The notes under the pieces are model-generated. The model made no database searches. It was given only the letters and a program-made list of their open reading frames with translations, and had not been told where the DNA came from. From positions 1,488-65,487 of the forward strand of contig JBBRLB010000011.1 of assembly GCA_038231575.1 (NCBI GenBank): DNA of 64,000 nt, given 5' to 3'. Below, piece by piece: positions 27,989 to 38,222 of this stretch; positions within the stretch are counted from its first letter, which is position 1; the number at the start of each line of letters is the position of its first letter. This stretch comes from Opitutales bacterium (GTDB lineage: Bacteria; Verrucomicrobiota; Verrucomicrobiia; Opitutales; Opitutaceae). The position numbers were made by a program, and so were the translations under genes.

Positions 27989-30748
27989 TCAGAGGCGCGT
28001 CGTCACACTGAGACTCCACGTGGTGGGTTCCGCGTAACGATAGATGTAGTTGGGGCGTCCGGCCGCGCTGTTGAACGAGGTGGCGCCGGTAATGCGGTAG
28101 GGGCTGTCGCCGTTGACGACGTCGTAGATGTTTTGCAGGCCCAGGCGAAAGTTCGTCTGATATTTCTTCAGGAAGCGCCGGTCGTAGAGAACGTAGGCGC
28201 TGATCGGAAACATCGCGCCGGCTTTGTAGCTCACACCGTTGAAAATGGCGGCATTATAGTTGGGCCCATACACGCCATTGAGGCCCAGCCGCAGACTTCG
28301 CATCCACGGCAGCTGGTAATCGAGCACGAAACTGCCGGTATAGGGCGCACTGCGGCGGCCCGAGACGGCGTCGGTAAGCGTGTTGGACCCCAGCACCGTG
28401 CGGGCGTTGGCCAGAATCGTGGCGCTCTCCGCCAGCGCGGGGTTTCCGCCGGGCGCGGTGGCGGCGGCCGTGCGGGCTTCCGCGGCTGTGAGATACACCC
28501 GGAACTGCGAAAAGTCGGCCTGCGCCCGAACGCGCGAGGCGGAAAACGAGACGCGCGTCTGCAACCCGTGCCAACGCTGGCCCTGAAGCGTGAGCTCAAG
28601 GCCCCGCGCCTGCTCATTTGAATTCACGGTGCGGCGCTCGTTGTTGAGGCCGTTGATGACGGTCACATACTTCGGGTCGCTCGGCAGGACGTCGTTCGGG
28701 TTGATGAGGTCCTCGAGTTGCGTGAGCGAGAGCGAGTCGGGCGACCACGCATAGGCCGCGTTGACGCGCTTGATGTCGTAGACTCCCAGGGTGTAGGTGA
28801 GCGTCCGCTGGAAGAGATCACCCTTCAGGCCGACTTCCCTGGTCTTGCCGCGAACGGGTCCGATGTCGGGACCGTAAAAAACCTGGCGCGACTGCCAGTT
28901 GAACGACTCCGAGTTTACGCCGTAGACGTTGACGGTCGCGGCGTCGCTGCGCCAGACGGACACGCTCACGCCGGCCATCGCGCTCGTGGCAGAGAGATCG
29001 AAATTGGGATCATAGGTGTAGACGCTCGGATTTTCCCACGGCATGCCCGGGTGATGAAAATAGCCGCGGGCATCCGTGGCATATGCGGCGTTGGTCGGAA
29101 TCTTCCGCTTCAGCCTGTTCCAACTGGTGCCCACAAGGGAGTGGACGCGGCCGCCGAAATACTCGCCGGAGAGCGAGGCGGTTTGGGTTTGGGCGTAGCG
29201 GATGTCGACGAACGGACCGGTGACGGTCGTGCTCTCGTAAATCACGGGCTTGAAGTCCGGGGTGGATCGGATGTTCGGGAGGAGGAACTGGTCCCAGAAT
29301 CCGGTCGTGCCAAACGCGGGATCGTCGAGGTAGGCGCGCAGGCGGACGCCGTTGTTGGCGATGAGGCCGGCGCCGAGTTCGTTGGCGAGACCGGTGCGGC
29401 GAGAGAACTTGGTGTCGCGCTGCTTGAGGGCCGTGACGACGAGGAGCTGCTTGCTCCAGCGGCCGAAGTCGAACGGATAAACCGCCGCGAGGCGGCCCGC
29501 GATCACGATGTTGCCGAAGACCTTGAAAGCCGCGCCACCAATGGCCTCCTCGATGTAGGGGCGGCCAGTGCTATCGACGCTCAGCACCGGCGGTGTCTGG
29601 CTCGTGCCGAACGAATTGTCGTTTCGATCCTCGTGTTGGAATTGCTGATTGAAGGCGGCCTCGATCGCCAGTTTGCCGATGCGCTGCTCGATCGTGACAC
29701 TCGCGACGTTGAAGATGCGGTTGTTGTAATCGACGGTGCCGAGCATGTTCGTGTATTTGTCAAAGCCGGTGAAAGTCTTGAAGGTGCCATTGGGCAGGCG
29801 CACGGGCTGCGACTGGCCGGCGAGCAACGACACCTGGTTGCCGGAGGGCCCGTTCCGATCGATGGCGGCGGGAAACGTGCTCGTGCGATAGAAGATCTCC
29901 TGGTCGGAGGTGTAATACCACTGGTTGTTCGAGCTGAAGCCGCGGCCCGTGGCGGCGACGTCGTTGACCGCGAGGGCGCTGTCGGCGCGCACGCGGTGCG
30001 TCTCGCCGCGCTCGAGTTCGACGCGAATCGTGGTGGTCTTGAACGGCTCGTAGGTGAAGGCGAGGTCGGCGGCGCGAAACACATCGTTGGTGCCGCGGAC
30101 GTAGGTCTTGTTGCGCCGGTTGACGAGATTCAGCCGCACAAAGAAATTGTCGGTCACCTTGCGGTTGACATCGAGTTGGACGCGATAGGCCTGGTAGGAT
30201 CCGTAGCTGGCGAAGAGTTCCTCCATGTTGCGCGAGCGGGCGCGCTTGGTGTAAATCGTGGCCTGTCCGCCGGGCTGGGAGTCGCCAAACATGAGGGAAT
30301 TCGATCCCTTGTTGAAATCGAAACGCTCGACGTTGTAGGTGTCAGAGGGGACATACCACGTGAAGAAGTTGCGGGAGCTGCCGCTGCCGCTGAGGCCGCG
30401 ATAGGTGATGCGGTCGTCGTTGCGCGACTCGAGCCGCGGCGTGACATTGACGCCCGCCACGTATTGCGCGGCGTCCTCCATGCTGAAGGCGCCGAGGTCG
30501 CGCATGAATTCAGCGGTGATGACGTCGACCGTGACGGGGAGCTTCGCGAGTTCCTGGTTGGTGCGACTCCCGATGAGGGTCGTCGTCGCCTGCCAGGATT
30601 TGTCGTCCGTCTCCGCGACGGTGAACGGTGACAGGGCAACGACCTCGTCGGCCGGAGGTGGGGGCGGGGTCGTTTGCCCGGCGCCAGCGGCGCGAGCGAC
30701 AAGCGTAGCGATCAGGACGGGCACGGAAAAAACGCGAAATGGTTTCAT
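27989..30748 (-). CDS. TonB-dependent outer-membrane receptor
   Basis: Signal peptide MKPFRVFSVPVLIATLVARAAG. Plug motifs ALSPFTVAETDD and LPVTVDVITAEFMRDLGA...YNVERFDFNKGSNSLMFGDSQPGG. Paralogous to the partial receptor at 1-3220. Confidence 0.88.
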   Translation of the reverse strand: MKPFRVFSVPVLIATLVARAAGAGQTTPPPPPADEVVALSPFTVAETDDKSWQATTTLIGSRTNQELAKLPVTVDVITAEFMRDLGAFSMEDAAQYVAGVNVTPRLESRNDDRITYRGLSGSGSSRNFFTWYVPSDTYNVERFDFNKGSNSLMFGDSQPGGQATIYTKRARSRNMEELFASYGSYQAYRVQLDVNRKVTDNFFVRLNLVNRRNKTYVRGTNDVFRAADLAFTYEPFKTTTIRVELERGETHRVRADSALAVNDVAATGRGFSSNNQWYYTSDQEIFYRTSTFPAAIDRNGPSGNQVSLLAGQSQPVRLPNGTFKTFTGFDKYTNMLGTVDYNNRIFNVASVTIEQRIGKLAIEAAFNQQFQHEDRNDNSFGTSQTPPVLSVDSTGRPYIEEAIGGAAFKVFGNIVIAGRLAAVYPFDFGRWSKQLLVVTALKQRDTKFSRRTGLANELGAGLIANNGVRLRAYLDDPAFGTTGFWDQFLLPNIRSTPDFKPVIYESTTVTGPFVDIRYAQTQTASLSGEYFGGRVHSLVGTSWNRLKRKIPTNAAYATDARGYFHHPGMPWENPSVYTYDPNFDLSATSAMAGVSVSVWRSDAATVNVYGVNSESFNWQSRQVFYGPDIGPVRGKTREVGLKGDLFQRTLTYTLGVYDIKRVNAAYAWSPDSLSLTQLEDLINPNDVLPSDPKYVTVINGLNNERRTVNSNEQARGLELTLQGQRWHGLQTRVSFSASRVRAQADFSQFRVYLTAAEARTAAATAPGGNPALAESATILANARTVLGSNTLTDAVSGRRSAPYTGSFVLDYQLPWMRSLRLGLNGVYGPNYNAAIFNGVSYKAGAMFPISAYVLYDRRFLKKYQTNFRLGLQNIYDVVNGDSPYRITGATSFNSAAGRPNYIYRYAEPTTWSLSVTTRL

Positions 30749-30854
30749 GGGGCAGGGGTTCGACGCGGACGGGAAGTGAGTGGACATGCTCGCTTCACTC
30801 CGAGGCAAGGTGAAACGCTGCCCGGTCAGCGTGCGGCCGCGTGCCGCGCCCACG

Positions 30855-33800
30855 TTAATGGAAATCGTGCGACGCCTGCGCGGGCAGATCGGATTCCCGC
30901 AGCGGTTCGATCGTCTCGGCGCGCACGTGGGTGACGTTCGACACGTTTTGCAGACGTCCGGTGATTTTCAACGCGGGCTCCTGGGTGATGACGAGGCGCA
31001 GGCGTTCGAAGAGCTGCGGCACCACGACGGCGTTGGCGATGCCGGTTTCGTCCTCGAGGCTGAGGAAGACAAAACCCGCCGCCGTGCCGGGGCGTTGCCG
31101 GCAAATAACGGCGCCCGCGATGGTGACCGTCTGGCCGTTGGCCACGTGCCGCAAGTCTTTCGCCGGACACACCTCGAGCCGATCGCGGATCAAGGCCATC
31201 GGGTGCTCGCCGACAGTGAGGCCGAGGCCGGAAAAATCCGCCTGCACTTCCTCCCCGCGCGACATCGCGGCGAGCGGGGAGTCTTCGCGATACGCGTCGG
31301 CGAACTGCTTGAAGAGTGCCTCGTCATCCGACCACGCGGCTTCGACCTGCCAGAGCGCCGTGCGGCGGTGATGCGAAAACACATCCAGCGCACCGACGGC
31401 GGCGAGCGCGCGCCGCTCGGTGGCGGTGAAGTCCGAGCGCCGCAAAAAATCGTCGAGCGAGGTGAAGGGCTGTTCGTCGCGGGCGGCGAGCATCGCCCGA
31501 GCGGCCGCTTCGCGCAGGCCCTTCACGAAGCGCAAACCGAGGCGAATGCTTTTTCCCCCTGCGACCGTGCACTCCCAGCGGGAAGCGGCCACGCAGACCG
31601 GGTGGGCCTGCAACGCGTGGCGCCGGCCATCCTGCAACAGCGTCGCGGGCGAATAGAATCCCATCGGCTGATGATTGAGCAGGCTCGCGTAAAATTCCGC
31701 CGGCCGGTGAATCTTCAGCCACGTGCTCGCATACGCCAGCATCGCGAACCCAATCGCGTGCGATTCGGGAAAGCCGTAGGCGGCGAACGTGCGCGCGGAA
31801 TCACAGACGCGGTTGACGACGGCTTCATTGTGACCCTCGCGGCGGAGCGCGAGCATGAGCTGGGCGAGGGCGTGGTGCAGTTTCTCCGGTTGCTTGGTGA
31901 AGCCCATCGCGCGGCGCAATTCCTCGGCTTGCGCCCCGCTGAATTTCGCGAGCGTCATGGAAAGCTCCAGCATCTGCTCCTGAAACAAAATCACGCCCCG
32001 CGTGCGCGCGAGGATCGGTTTCACGAGCGCTTCGACGGAAGGATCGATGTAGTCGTCTTTTTCCACTCCGTCCCGCCGGCGGATGAGCGGATGGACGAGG
32101 TGGCCGGTGATCGGACCGGGCCGGATGATCGCGACTTGGATGGCGAGGTCGTAGAGGTTGACGGGCTTGAAGCGCGGGAGCGTCGCCATCTGGGCGCGGC
32201 TCTCAATTTGGAAAACACCCACGGTGTCGGCGGCGCGGATTTTCTCGTAGGTTTCAGGATCGTCGGGCGGGATGTCGTTGAAATTGTGCGGGCCGCCGCG
32301 GTGGGCGCAGAGTTCGAACGAATCCTGCAGGACGGCCATCATGCCGAGACCGAGAAAATCGATCTTCACGATGCCGAGATTTTCGCAGTCGTCCTTGTCC
32401 CACTGGCAGACGCTGCGCCCGGGCATGGTGGCGGGCTCGAGCGGCACGACTTTGTCGAGTTGATCGCGCGAGATGACCATGCCGCCGGAGTGCTGACCGA
32501 GATGGCGGGGCAGGCCCTGGAGGTGATGGTGCAACCGCACCATCGCTTCGGCGCGCGGATGCGGCGCGGCGATGCCCGCCATCCGGAGTTGCTCCTGCAG
32601 ATCGAGCGTCTGGGGAAAATCGCCATTGGCGTAGAGACTCGAAAAACGATCGAGCGCGTCGTCGCCGAAGCCGAGGACCTTGCCGATTTCACGCGTGGTG
32701 CTGCGACCGCGATAGGTGATGACGTTGGCGGTCATCGCAGCGCCGCGCATTCCGTAGCGACGGTAGACTTCTTGGATGACACTCTCGCGTCGATCACCAC
32801 TCGGCAGGTCGAGATCGATGTCGGGCCAGGACGGGTTGCCGTCGGCGCCGACGCGGCCGTCGCTGAGAAAACGCTCGAAGAGGAGGCGGTGCTTGAGCGG
32901 GTTGACGGCGGTGATGCCGAGGACGTAGCAAACCGCACTGTTGGCGGCACTGCCGCGGCCCTGCACGAGAATTTTTTGCTGACGGGCCCAAGCACAGATA
33001 TCCCAAACGATCAGAAAATAGCCGGAGAATTTCAGGCGGGCGATGAGTTCGAGTTCCTTGTTGAGTTGCAGCTGGAGATTTTCGGGCAGCGCTCCGAATC
33101 GTTCATGCGCGGCGGCGAAGGTGCGCGCGCGGAGATAGGTGTCCATCGTTTCGCCCGGCGGCGTGAGGAAGCCGGGAAATTGGTAGCCGAGATTTTCGAG
33201 CGTGAACGCGAGGGTGGCGTCGAGGTGGAGGGAGTTCGCGACGGCCTCGGGCAGGTCGGCGAAGCGCTCCGCCATCTCGCGGGCGGATTTCAGGCGGCGC
33301 TCGGCGTTGATTTCGAGGCGGCGGCCGGCGGCGTCGAGCGTCGTATGCCCGCGCAGGCAGGTGAACACATCGGCGACCATGCGATCGGCGGCGGTAGCGT
33401 AGGCGACGCCACCGGTGGCGAGCACAGGCAGGCGATGCGCGGCGGCCAGGTCGCGCAGGAAGGTCATCTCGCGCTCCTCGCCACGGATCCGGTGGCGCTG
33501 CAGTTCGACGAAGAGTCGATCGCGACCGAAGATCGTGAGAAGTTTCGCGAGGGAAAAATTCGCGGCGGCGGCGCCTCCGGTGCGCCAGGCGCGGCGCACG
33601 GAGCCGTCTTCGTCGCCGGTGAGGGCGATGAGTCCGCCGGAATATTTTTCGAGTTCGGTCCACGTGGCGAAGCAGGGGCGCTTGCGATCGGAGGGAGCAG
33701 GCAAGTGGCAACGGCTTCCCGCCGCCAAGTCAGGGGATTCACCGGCGGGAAACCGTGGCCCCTTCAAACCCGGGGCGCGCGGAGTCAGCTTCGCCTCGGT

Positions 33801-34091
33801 GATGAGCTGGCAGAGATTTTGGTAACCGGTGCGCGTGGCGACGAGGAGTGGAACGACATGGCCGTCCTCCATCGTGATTTCGGCGCCGACGCGGGCGCGG
33901 AGATTTTGCTCGCGGGCGGCGCCATAGAAACGCGGCGCACCGTAAAGCCCATCGCGGTCGAGCACCGCGACCGCGGGCAGTTCCAGTCGCGCGGCCTCGC
34001 GCGCGAGATCCTCGGGCGACGAGGCGCCGCGCAGGAAACTGAAGGCGCTGCGCGCGTGGAGTTCGACGTAGCCGCTCATGGTGCTAGTCAT
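30855..34091 (-). CDS. dnaE2: Error-prone DNA polymerase DnaE2 (ImuC)
   Basis: PHP-domain start YVELHARSAFSFLRGASSPEDL. About 1075 aa. The ATG at 34091 overlaps the imuB stop (ATGACTAG). ATG 34079 is an alternative start. Confidence 0.9.
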   Translation of the reverse strand: MTSTMSGYVELHARSAFSFLRGASSPEDLAREAARLELPAVAVLDRDGLYGAPRFYGAAREQNLRARVGAEITMEDGHVVPLLVATRTGYQNLCQLITEAKLTPRAPGLKGPRFPAGESPDLAAGSRCHLPAPSDRKRPCFATWTELEKYSGGLIALTGDEDGSVRRAWRTGGAAAANFSLAKLLTIFGRDRLFVELQRHRIRGEEREMTFLRDLAAAHRLPVLATGGVAYATAADRMVADVFTCLRGHTTLDAAGRRLEINAERRLKSAREMAERFADLPEAVANSLHLDATLAFTLENLGYQFPGFLTPPGETMDTYLRARTFAAAHERFGALPENLQLQLNKELELIARLKFSGYFLIVWDICAWARQQKILVQGRGSAANSAVCYVLGITAVNPLKHRLLFERFLSDGRVGADGNPSWPDIDLDLPSGDRRESVIQEVYRRYGMRGAAMTANVITYRGRSTTREIGKVLGFGDDALDRFSSLYANGDFPQTLDLQEQLRMAGIAAPHPRAEAMVRLHHHLQGLPRHLGQHSGGMVISRDQLDKVVPLEPATMPGRSVCQWDKDDCENLGIVKIDFLGLGMMAVLQDSFELCAHRGGPHNFNDIPPDDPETYEKIRAADTVGVFQIESRAQMATLPRFKPVNLYDLAIQVAIIRPGPITGHLVHPLIRRRDGVEKDDYIDPSVEALVKPILARTRGVILFQEQMLELSMTLAKFSGAQAEELRRAMGFTKQPEKLHHALAQLMLALRREGHNEAVVNRVCDSARTFAAYGFPESHAIGFAMLAYASTWLKIHRPAEFYASLLNHQPMGFYSPATLLQDGRRHALQAHPVCVAASRWECTVAGGKSIRLGLRFVKGLREAAARAMLAARDEQPFTSLDDFLRRSDFTATERRALAAVGALDVFSHHRRTALWQVEAAWSDDEALFKQFADAYREDSPLAAMSRGEEVQADFSGLGLTVGEHPMALIRDRLEVCPAKDLRHVANGQTVTIAGAVICRQRPGTAAGFVFLSLEDETGIANAVVVPQLFERLRLVITQEPALKITGRLQNVSNVTHVRAETIEPLRESDLPAQASHDFH

Positions 34092-35709
34092 ATTCGCCCT
34101 CGATGAACCAGGCGCCGTCGACGCGCAGGAGCCGGTAGAGTCCGCCGCCGGCCAGCGCGATGTCCCACTCAAGTCGCGACCACGCGCGATCGTTTTGCCA
34201 CCACTCGCCGCTGCTGGGCCAAACGAGGCTGCGAAAGGCAATTTCACCCCGGAGGCGCTCGGTCCAGAGGAACGTCGGGCGACCTTCCATGAACTCGAGT
34301 CGGGCCGGGAGCGGCGGGCGAAAACGGCGCAGCGGCGTGCTGAGGACGGGATGCAGGGGCGGCGACGCGAGCGGAGGAATCACGGCGGCGGGCGGGGTGA
34401 GTCTCACGGCATCGGGCCGATGCGTGTCTTCAAGTTGCGGCGTGCCCAGACGATCGGCGCCGACGAGGGCGGAGACGCGCGCGAGGGTCTCGGCGAAGCC
34501 GTGCGGATCGCGCAGGCCGGTTTCGAACAGTCCTTGCTGGCGGACGAGCGGGCGCGTGGGCGTGAGGCGAAGATCGACGGCGATGATCGAGGCGGCGGTT
34601 TGCAGCGATGCGAGATGCGTGTGCAGCGCGCGAAAAAGGATTTCCGGATCGGCGGTGGGCTCGGGCAGGCGGAAATCCCGGGCGTGCCGGGTTTCGTCCT
34701 CGAGGCGGAGCGTGAGCTCGATCTCGGCGGCGACGTGTTGCGAGGTGATCAACTCGAGCGAGAGGCGATCGAGGAAGCGGCGGAGGAGGAAGAGGAGGGG
34801 ATCGAGGGTTTCGATCGGGTCTTCGAATTCCATCGTGGCGGAAAAGGTTTGCGGCGGGATGACGGGGCGCAGCGGGCGCGGGTCGCCCCCGGCAGCGCGT
34901 TGCCAGACGGCGAGGCCCTCGGCGCCGAAGCGGCGCACGATGTCGTCGCGGGGCAAGGCCGTGAGATCGCCGAGCGTGCGCAGACCCCAGTTGGCAAAAA
35001 CCCCGGCGAGTTCAAGCGACGGATCGGCAAAGGCGAGGGGAAGTGGGGCGAGGAAGTTTTTTTCGTCGGGACTCGCGATGAAGCGGAGGGAAGATTCTTC
35101 GCCGGCCATCGTGCTCGTAATTTGAATCGTTCGCTCGGTGGGAGCGGAAGCGGGTGATTTTCCGGCAGGAGCACGAGAAAGATTAAGAGCACCAGAAGGA
35201 TTGAACGGAGTCGCCCTCGCGGCGTAGAGCGCGAGGAGCGGCGTGCGCGCCAGGCCGGCGGTGGCGGGGAGCGCGAGCCGCGCCAGTTCGGCGATGGCCG
35301 CGTGAGCCGCGGGGGTGAATTTTTCGCGAACGGAACCGCGGAGATCGATCGTGGAGATGCCGGGGGCGGTGGCCTCGATCGCGGGCGAGAGGGTGAAGGC
35401 GACGGCGAGGAGGGCGGCGCGGGCTTCGATTTCGGCGGCGAGGTTGGGCGCGCGAATGAGGAGCGTGGGGCAGCGCGCGACGGCTTGTGGGGCCGTCATG
35501 CCACGTTCGACGCCAGCGGCACGCGCGGTGGGGGTGGTCGCGAGGACGAGGGATTTCTTCCCCGTATTGGCGAAGAGCGCCGCCTTTCGACCCTGCTCTC
35601 TTCGGCTCGGCTCAGGGCCGGCAGGGCCGGCAGAATTATCGCGACTCGCGCGCTCCGTGCGCAGCACGGCGTAAAGAGCGAAGTCGGCGATGTGAAGAAC
35701 GGCGAACAC
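34084..35709 (-). CDS. imuB: ImuB (Y-family polymerase-like mutasome subunit)
   Basis: MFAVLHIADFAL...GVERGMTAPQAVARCP. Its position between imuA and dnaE2 fits. GTG start. Confidence 0.85.
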   Translation of the reverse strand: MFAVLHIADFALYAVLRTERASRDNSAGPAGPEPSRREQGRKAALFANTGKKSLVLATTPTARAAGVERGMTAPQAVARCPTLLIRAPNLAAEIEARAALLAVAFTLSPAIEATAPGISTIDLRGSVREKFTPAAHAAIAELARLALPATAGLARTPLLALYAARATPFNPSGALNLSRAPAGKSPASAPTERTIQITSTMAGEESSLRFIASPDEKNFLAPLPLAFADPSLELAGVFANWGLRTLGDLTALPRDDIVRRFGAEGLAVWQRAAGGDPRPLRPVIPPQTFSATMEFEDPIETLDPLLFLLRRFLDRLSLELITSQHVAAEIELTLRLEDETRHARDFRLPEPTADPEILFRALHTHLASLQTAASIIAVDLRLTPTRPLVRQQGLFETGLRDPHGFAETLARVSALVGADRLGTPQLEDTHRPDAVRLTPPAAVIPPLASPPLHPVLSTPLRRFRPPLPARLEFMEGRPTFLWTERLRGEIAFRSLVWPSSGEWWQNDRAWSRLEWDIALAGGGLYRLLRVDGAWFIEGEYD

Positions 35710-35757
35710 AGGAGAGGGACGAGTGGCCCGGGACGTGAGACGAGTCCGGACGGGCGC

Positions 35758-36402
35758 TCATGCCGTGGCGGCGGTGTGAAGGCGCTGGCGTTGCAGAGTG
35801 GGCGAGAGGATTGTGGCGAGCGCGGGACGTTCGAGGGAGAGCGCGGTGAGCGCGTGCGAGGCGTTGAGGAGGAAGCGGAGTTGGGCGCTGGGCACCGTGG
35901 CGTGCGGGGTAATGACGACGAGGGCGAGGTCGCTGGGTTCGGCGGCGCGTTGGAGGCGATACCAAAAGCTGGCGGGCGTGCGGCGCAGTTCGCGGTCGCT
36001 GGCGTGGCGTAGATCGAGGACGACGAGGCCGAGATTGGCGTCGCGGGTGAGAAGATCGGTGGCGGCGAGAGCTATCGCGGGCGTGCAGCGGACCCACACC
36101 AGGTGCGCGAGCAGATCGACAGGAAACGAGCCGGGATCGAAGGAGTCGGTGGCGTCGACGAGGGCGACGCGCGTGCGAGTGGCGCGGGTCGCGGCAAGCA
36201 GTTGCTCGAGGAGGAGATGACTGCCGCAGCTCGGCGCGGCGCAGACGATCTCGGTTACGGCGCCGAGCGGGAGTCCGCCGGCCGGATCATCGAGCGCGGC
36301 GAGGCCAGTGCGCAGCGCGCGCGCGACGACGCGCGGCGCGGTGGGAAATTTTTCGGCGAGTTTGCGCCGGAGCTCCGCCAGTTTCTCGGCCGCCGCAGGC
36401 AT
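35758..36402 (-). CDS. imuA: ImuA (RecA/SulA-like mutasome subunit)
   Basis: 214 aa. TGLAALDDPAGGLPLGAVTEIVCAAPSCGSHLLLEQLL. Located upstream of imuB-dnaE2. Confidence 0.8.
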   Translation of the reverse strand: MPAAAEKLAELRRKLAEKFPTAPRVVARALRTGLAALDDPAGGLPLGAVTEIVCAAPSCGSHLLLEQLLAATRATRTRVALVDATDSFDPGSFPVDLLAHLVWVRCTPAIALAATDLLTRDANLGLVVLDLRHASDRELRRTPASFWYRLQRAAEPSDLALVVITPHATVPSAQLRFLLNASHALTALSLERPALATILSPTLQRQRLHTAATA

Positions 36403-36767
36403 GAGACAGAAGGACGAAGGCCAGAGCGCAGAGCGTGAAGGCGAGGGAACGGGCGCCGGGCTTCACGGGGACTGAATCAACCCACCAAATCTTGATCGGC
36501 GTCGAAGTTTTCGCGGAGGGGCGTCCAGAGACGGAAGAGCGAATGCGTGCGGAAAACCTGGATCACGCCGGAGGTGTGCAGGGCGAGCAGGGTGAAACGG
36601 AGCGGACGGCGGGGGGCGGGTTTAGTGAAGAGTTGGAGTTTCATGGTGGGAAAGAGGGCGGAGTTTTTTTGACCGCGGATGACGCGGAGGATCGCGGACC
36701 AAGCCGGATGGCGGGAGAGTGATATCGGTGTGATCCGCGTAATCGCGGTGAAGCGATCGGGATGGAA

Positions 36768-37391
36768 TCAGCAGGCGCCGGTGCGCAGGAGGCCGACCAT
36801 CACGCCTTGGATGGTAAGCTCGGTGGTGGGGAGCAGATCGGGGTAGCGCGGGTTTTCGGCGCGGAGAAACGCCTGGCCGCGCTGGAGGAGAAAACGCTTG
36901 AGGGTGGACTCGCCATCGATGAGCGCGGCGACGATGTCGCGCGGGCGCGGCTCGCGGGGCGTGAGAAAGACGACGTCGTTCTCGACAATGTTGGCGCCGA
37001 TCATGGAGTCGCCGCGGACGCGGAGGGCGAAGACTTTGGTGTTGGCGCGCACGCCGAGCGCGGCGGCGTCGACGGAGATATGGCTGTCGGCTTCCTGCAC
37101 GGCGTCGGTCGGCAGGCCGGCGGGGATCACGCCGAAAAGCGGGATGCTCATGAGGGCGCTGCCCGGATGGTGATTGGGATGGAGGAGGCCGCGGGCCTTG
37201 CCGGGGAGGCGCTGGAGCGCGCCCTTTTGGGTGAGGGCGTCGACATGGCGTTGGACGGCGAACGGGCTCGCGAAGCCGAAGTGTGCCTGGATTTCGCGGA
37301 GCGAGGGCGACACGCCCGATTCGAGTTGATGGGCGTGGATGAAATCGAGAACCTGCTGCTGACGGGGCGTAAGAGAAGGGTTATCGGCCAT
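36768..37391 (-). CDS. lexA: LexA repressor
   Basis: MADNPSLTPRQQQVLDFI...SLREIQAHFGF. Cleavage and peptidase motifs are present (GDSM ... LKR). ATG at 37391; the track start at 37400 is a TTG inside the operator. Confidence 0.92.
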   Translation of the reverse strand: MADNPSLTPRQQQVLDFIHAHQLESGVSPSLREIQAHFGFASPFAVQRHVDALTQKGALQRLPGKARGLLHPNHHPGSALMSIPLFGVIPAGLPTDAVQEADSHISVDAAALGVRANTKVFALRVRGDSMIGANIVENDVVFLTPREPRPRDIVAALIDGESTLKRFLLQRGQAFLRAENPRYPDLLPTTELTIQGVMVGLLRTGAC

Positions 37392-37393
37392 AG

Positions 37394-37407
37394 TGTTCAA
37401 GTGAACA
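37394..37407. promoter_or_regulatory. Candidate LexA operator TGTTCAAGTGAACA
   Basis: Perfect TGTTC-N4-GAACA palindrome 3 nt upstream of the lexA ATG. It matches the LexA motif I recall being reported for Verrucomicrobia. Confidence 0.7.
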
Positions 37408-37524
37408 CGTCAGCGCCGAAATGCAATGTTTTGTTTTTGGCGCAGCACGATTTTTTAGATTCGAGCGTCGATTTGACATCAAATCTAAACCGACCAGTAT
37501 CCGACCAGTTAATCTCTTGAAATC

Positions 37525-37773
37525 ATGAACACGATCACTGTCGGCGCCTACGAGGCCAAGACCAAGCTCGCCCGTCTGCTCGCGCGGGTGTCGCGCGGCG
37601 GTGAAGTTATTATCACCAAGCACGAGAAACCTGTTGCACGTCTGATGCCGATCTCGCCCGACACGCGGCTGTCTGTCCAAGAATCTCTCAATGGGCTGGC
37701 CGCCATCCGCAGTCGCGCAGGACGAGGTTCCGAATCCCTCAAGCAGCTCATCGTCGCCGGCCGTCGCGCATGA
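37525..37773 (+). CDS. Phd/YefM-family type II antitoxin (VapB role)
   Basis: MNTITVGAYEAKTKLARLLARVSRGGEVIITKHEKPVARLMP. Its stop overlaps the downstream PIN gene start. Confidence 0.85.
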   Translation: MNTITVGAYEAKTKLARLLARVSRGGEVIITKHEKPVARLMPISPDTRLSVQESLNGLAAIRSRAGRGSESLKQLIVAGRRA

Positions 37774-38186
37774 CGCCGGTCGTGATTGATAGTTCGGTGA
37801 CGCTGGGTCTGGCGTTGCCGGATGAAAGTGGCGACGTGGTGACTGCGGCCGAGACGGCGATGCGCAAAGGCACGCCGTTCTATGCGCCGGCACATTGGAG
37901 CATCGAAGTCGCCAATGGCGTGTTGATGGCGGAGCGCCGCAAACGGATCACCCATGCCGATGCCCGCGCTGTGCTGAATCTGATTCGCCATCTGCCGGTC
38001 GAGATCGATGGTGAACTGACGCTTCATGCTTTCGACACCATTTCGGCTCTGGCGCGGCAATATAGTCTGACGACCTACGACGCGGCTTACCTTGAACTCG
38101 CGATGCGCCGGCGCGCGGCGCTGGCCACGCTGGATGCAGCCTTGCGAAAAGCGGCTTCGACAGCGGGCGTGCCACTTCTCGCCTGA
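37770..38186 (+). CDS. vapC: PIN-domain toxin VapC
   Basis: MTPVVIDSSV...TTYDAAYLELA. Acidic PIN residues sit at the expected spacing. Confidence 0.85.
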   Translation: MTPVVIDSSVTLGLALPDESGDVVTAAETAMRKGTPFYAPAHWSIEVANGVLMAERRKRITHADARAVLNLIRHLPVEIDGELTLHAFDTISALARQYSLTTYDAAYLELAMRRRAALATLDAALRKAASTAGVPLLA

Positions 38187-38222
38187 GCGTTCCATCTGCT
38201 CTCACGTTCATTTCTTTTCTCC

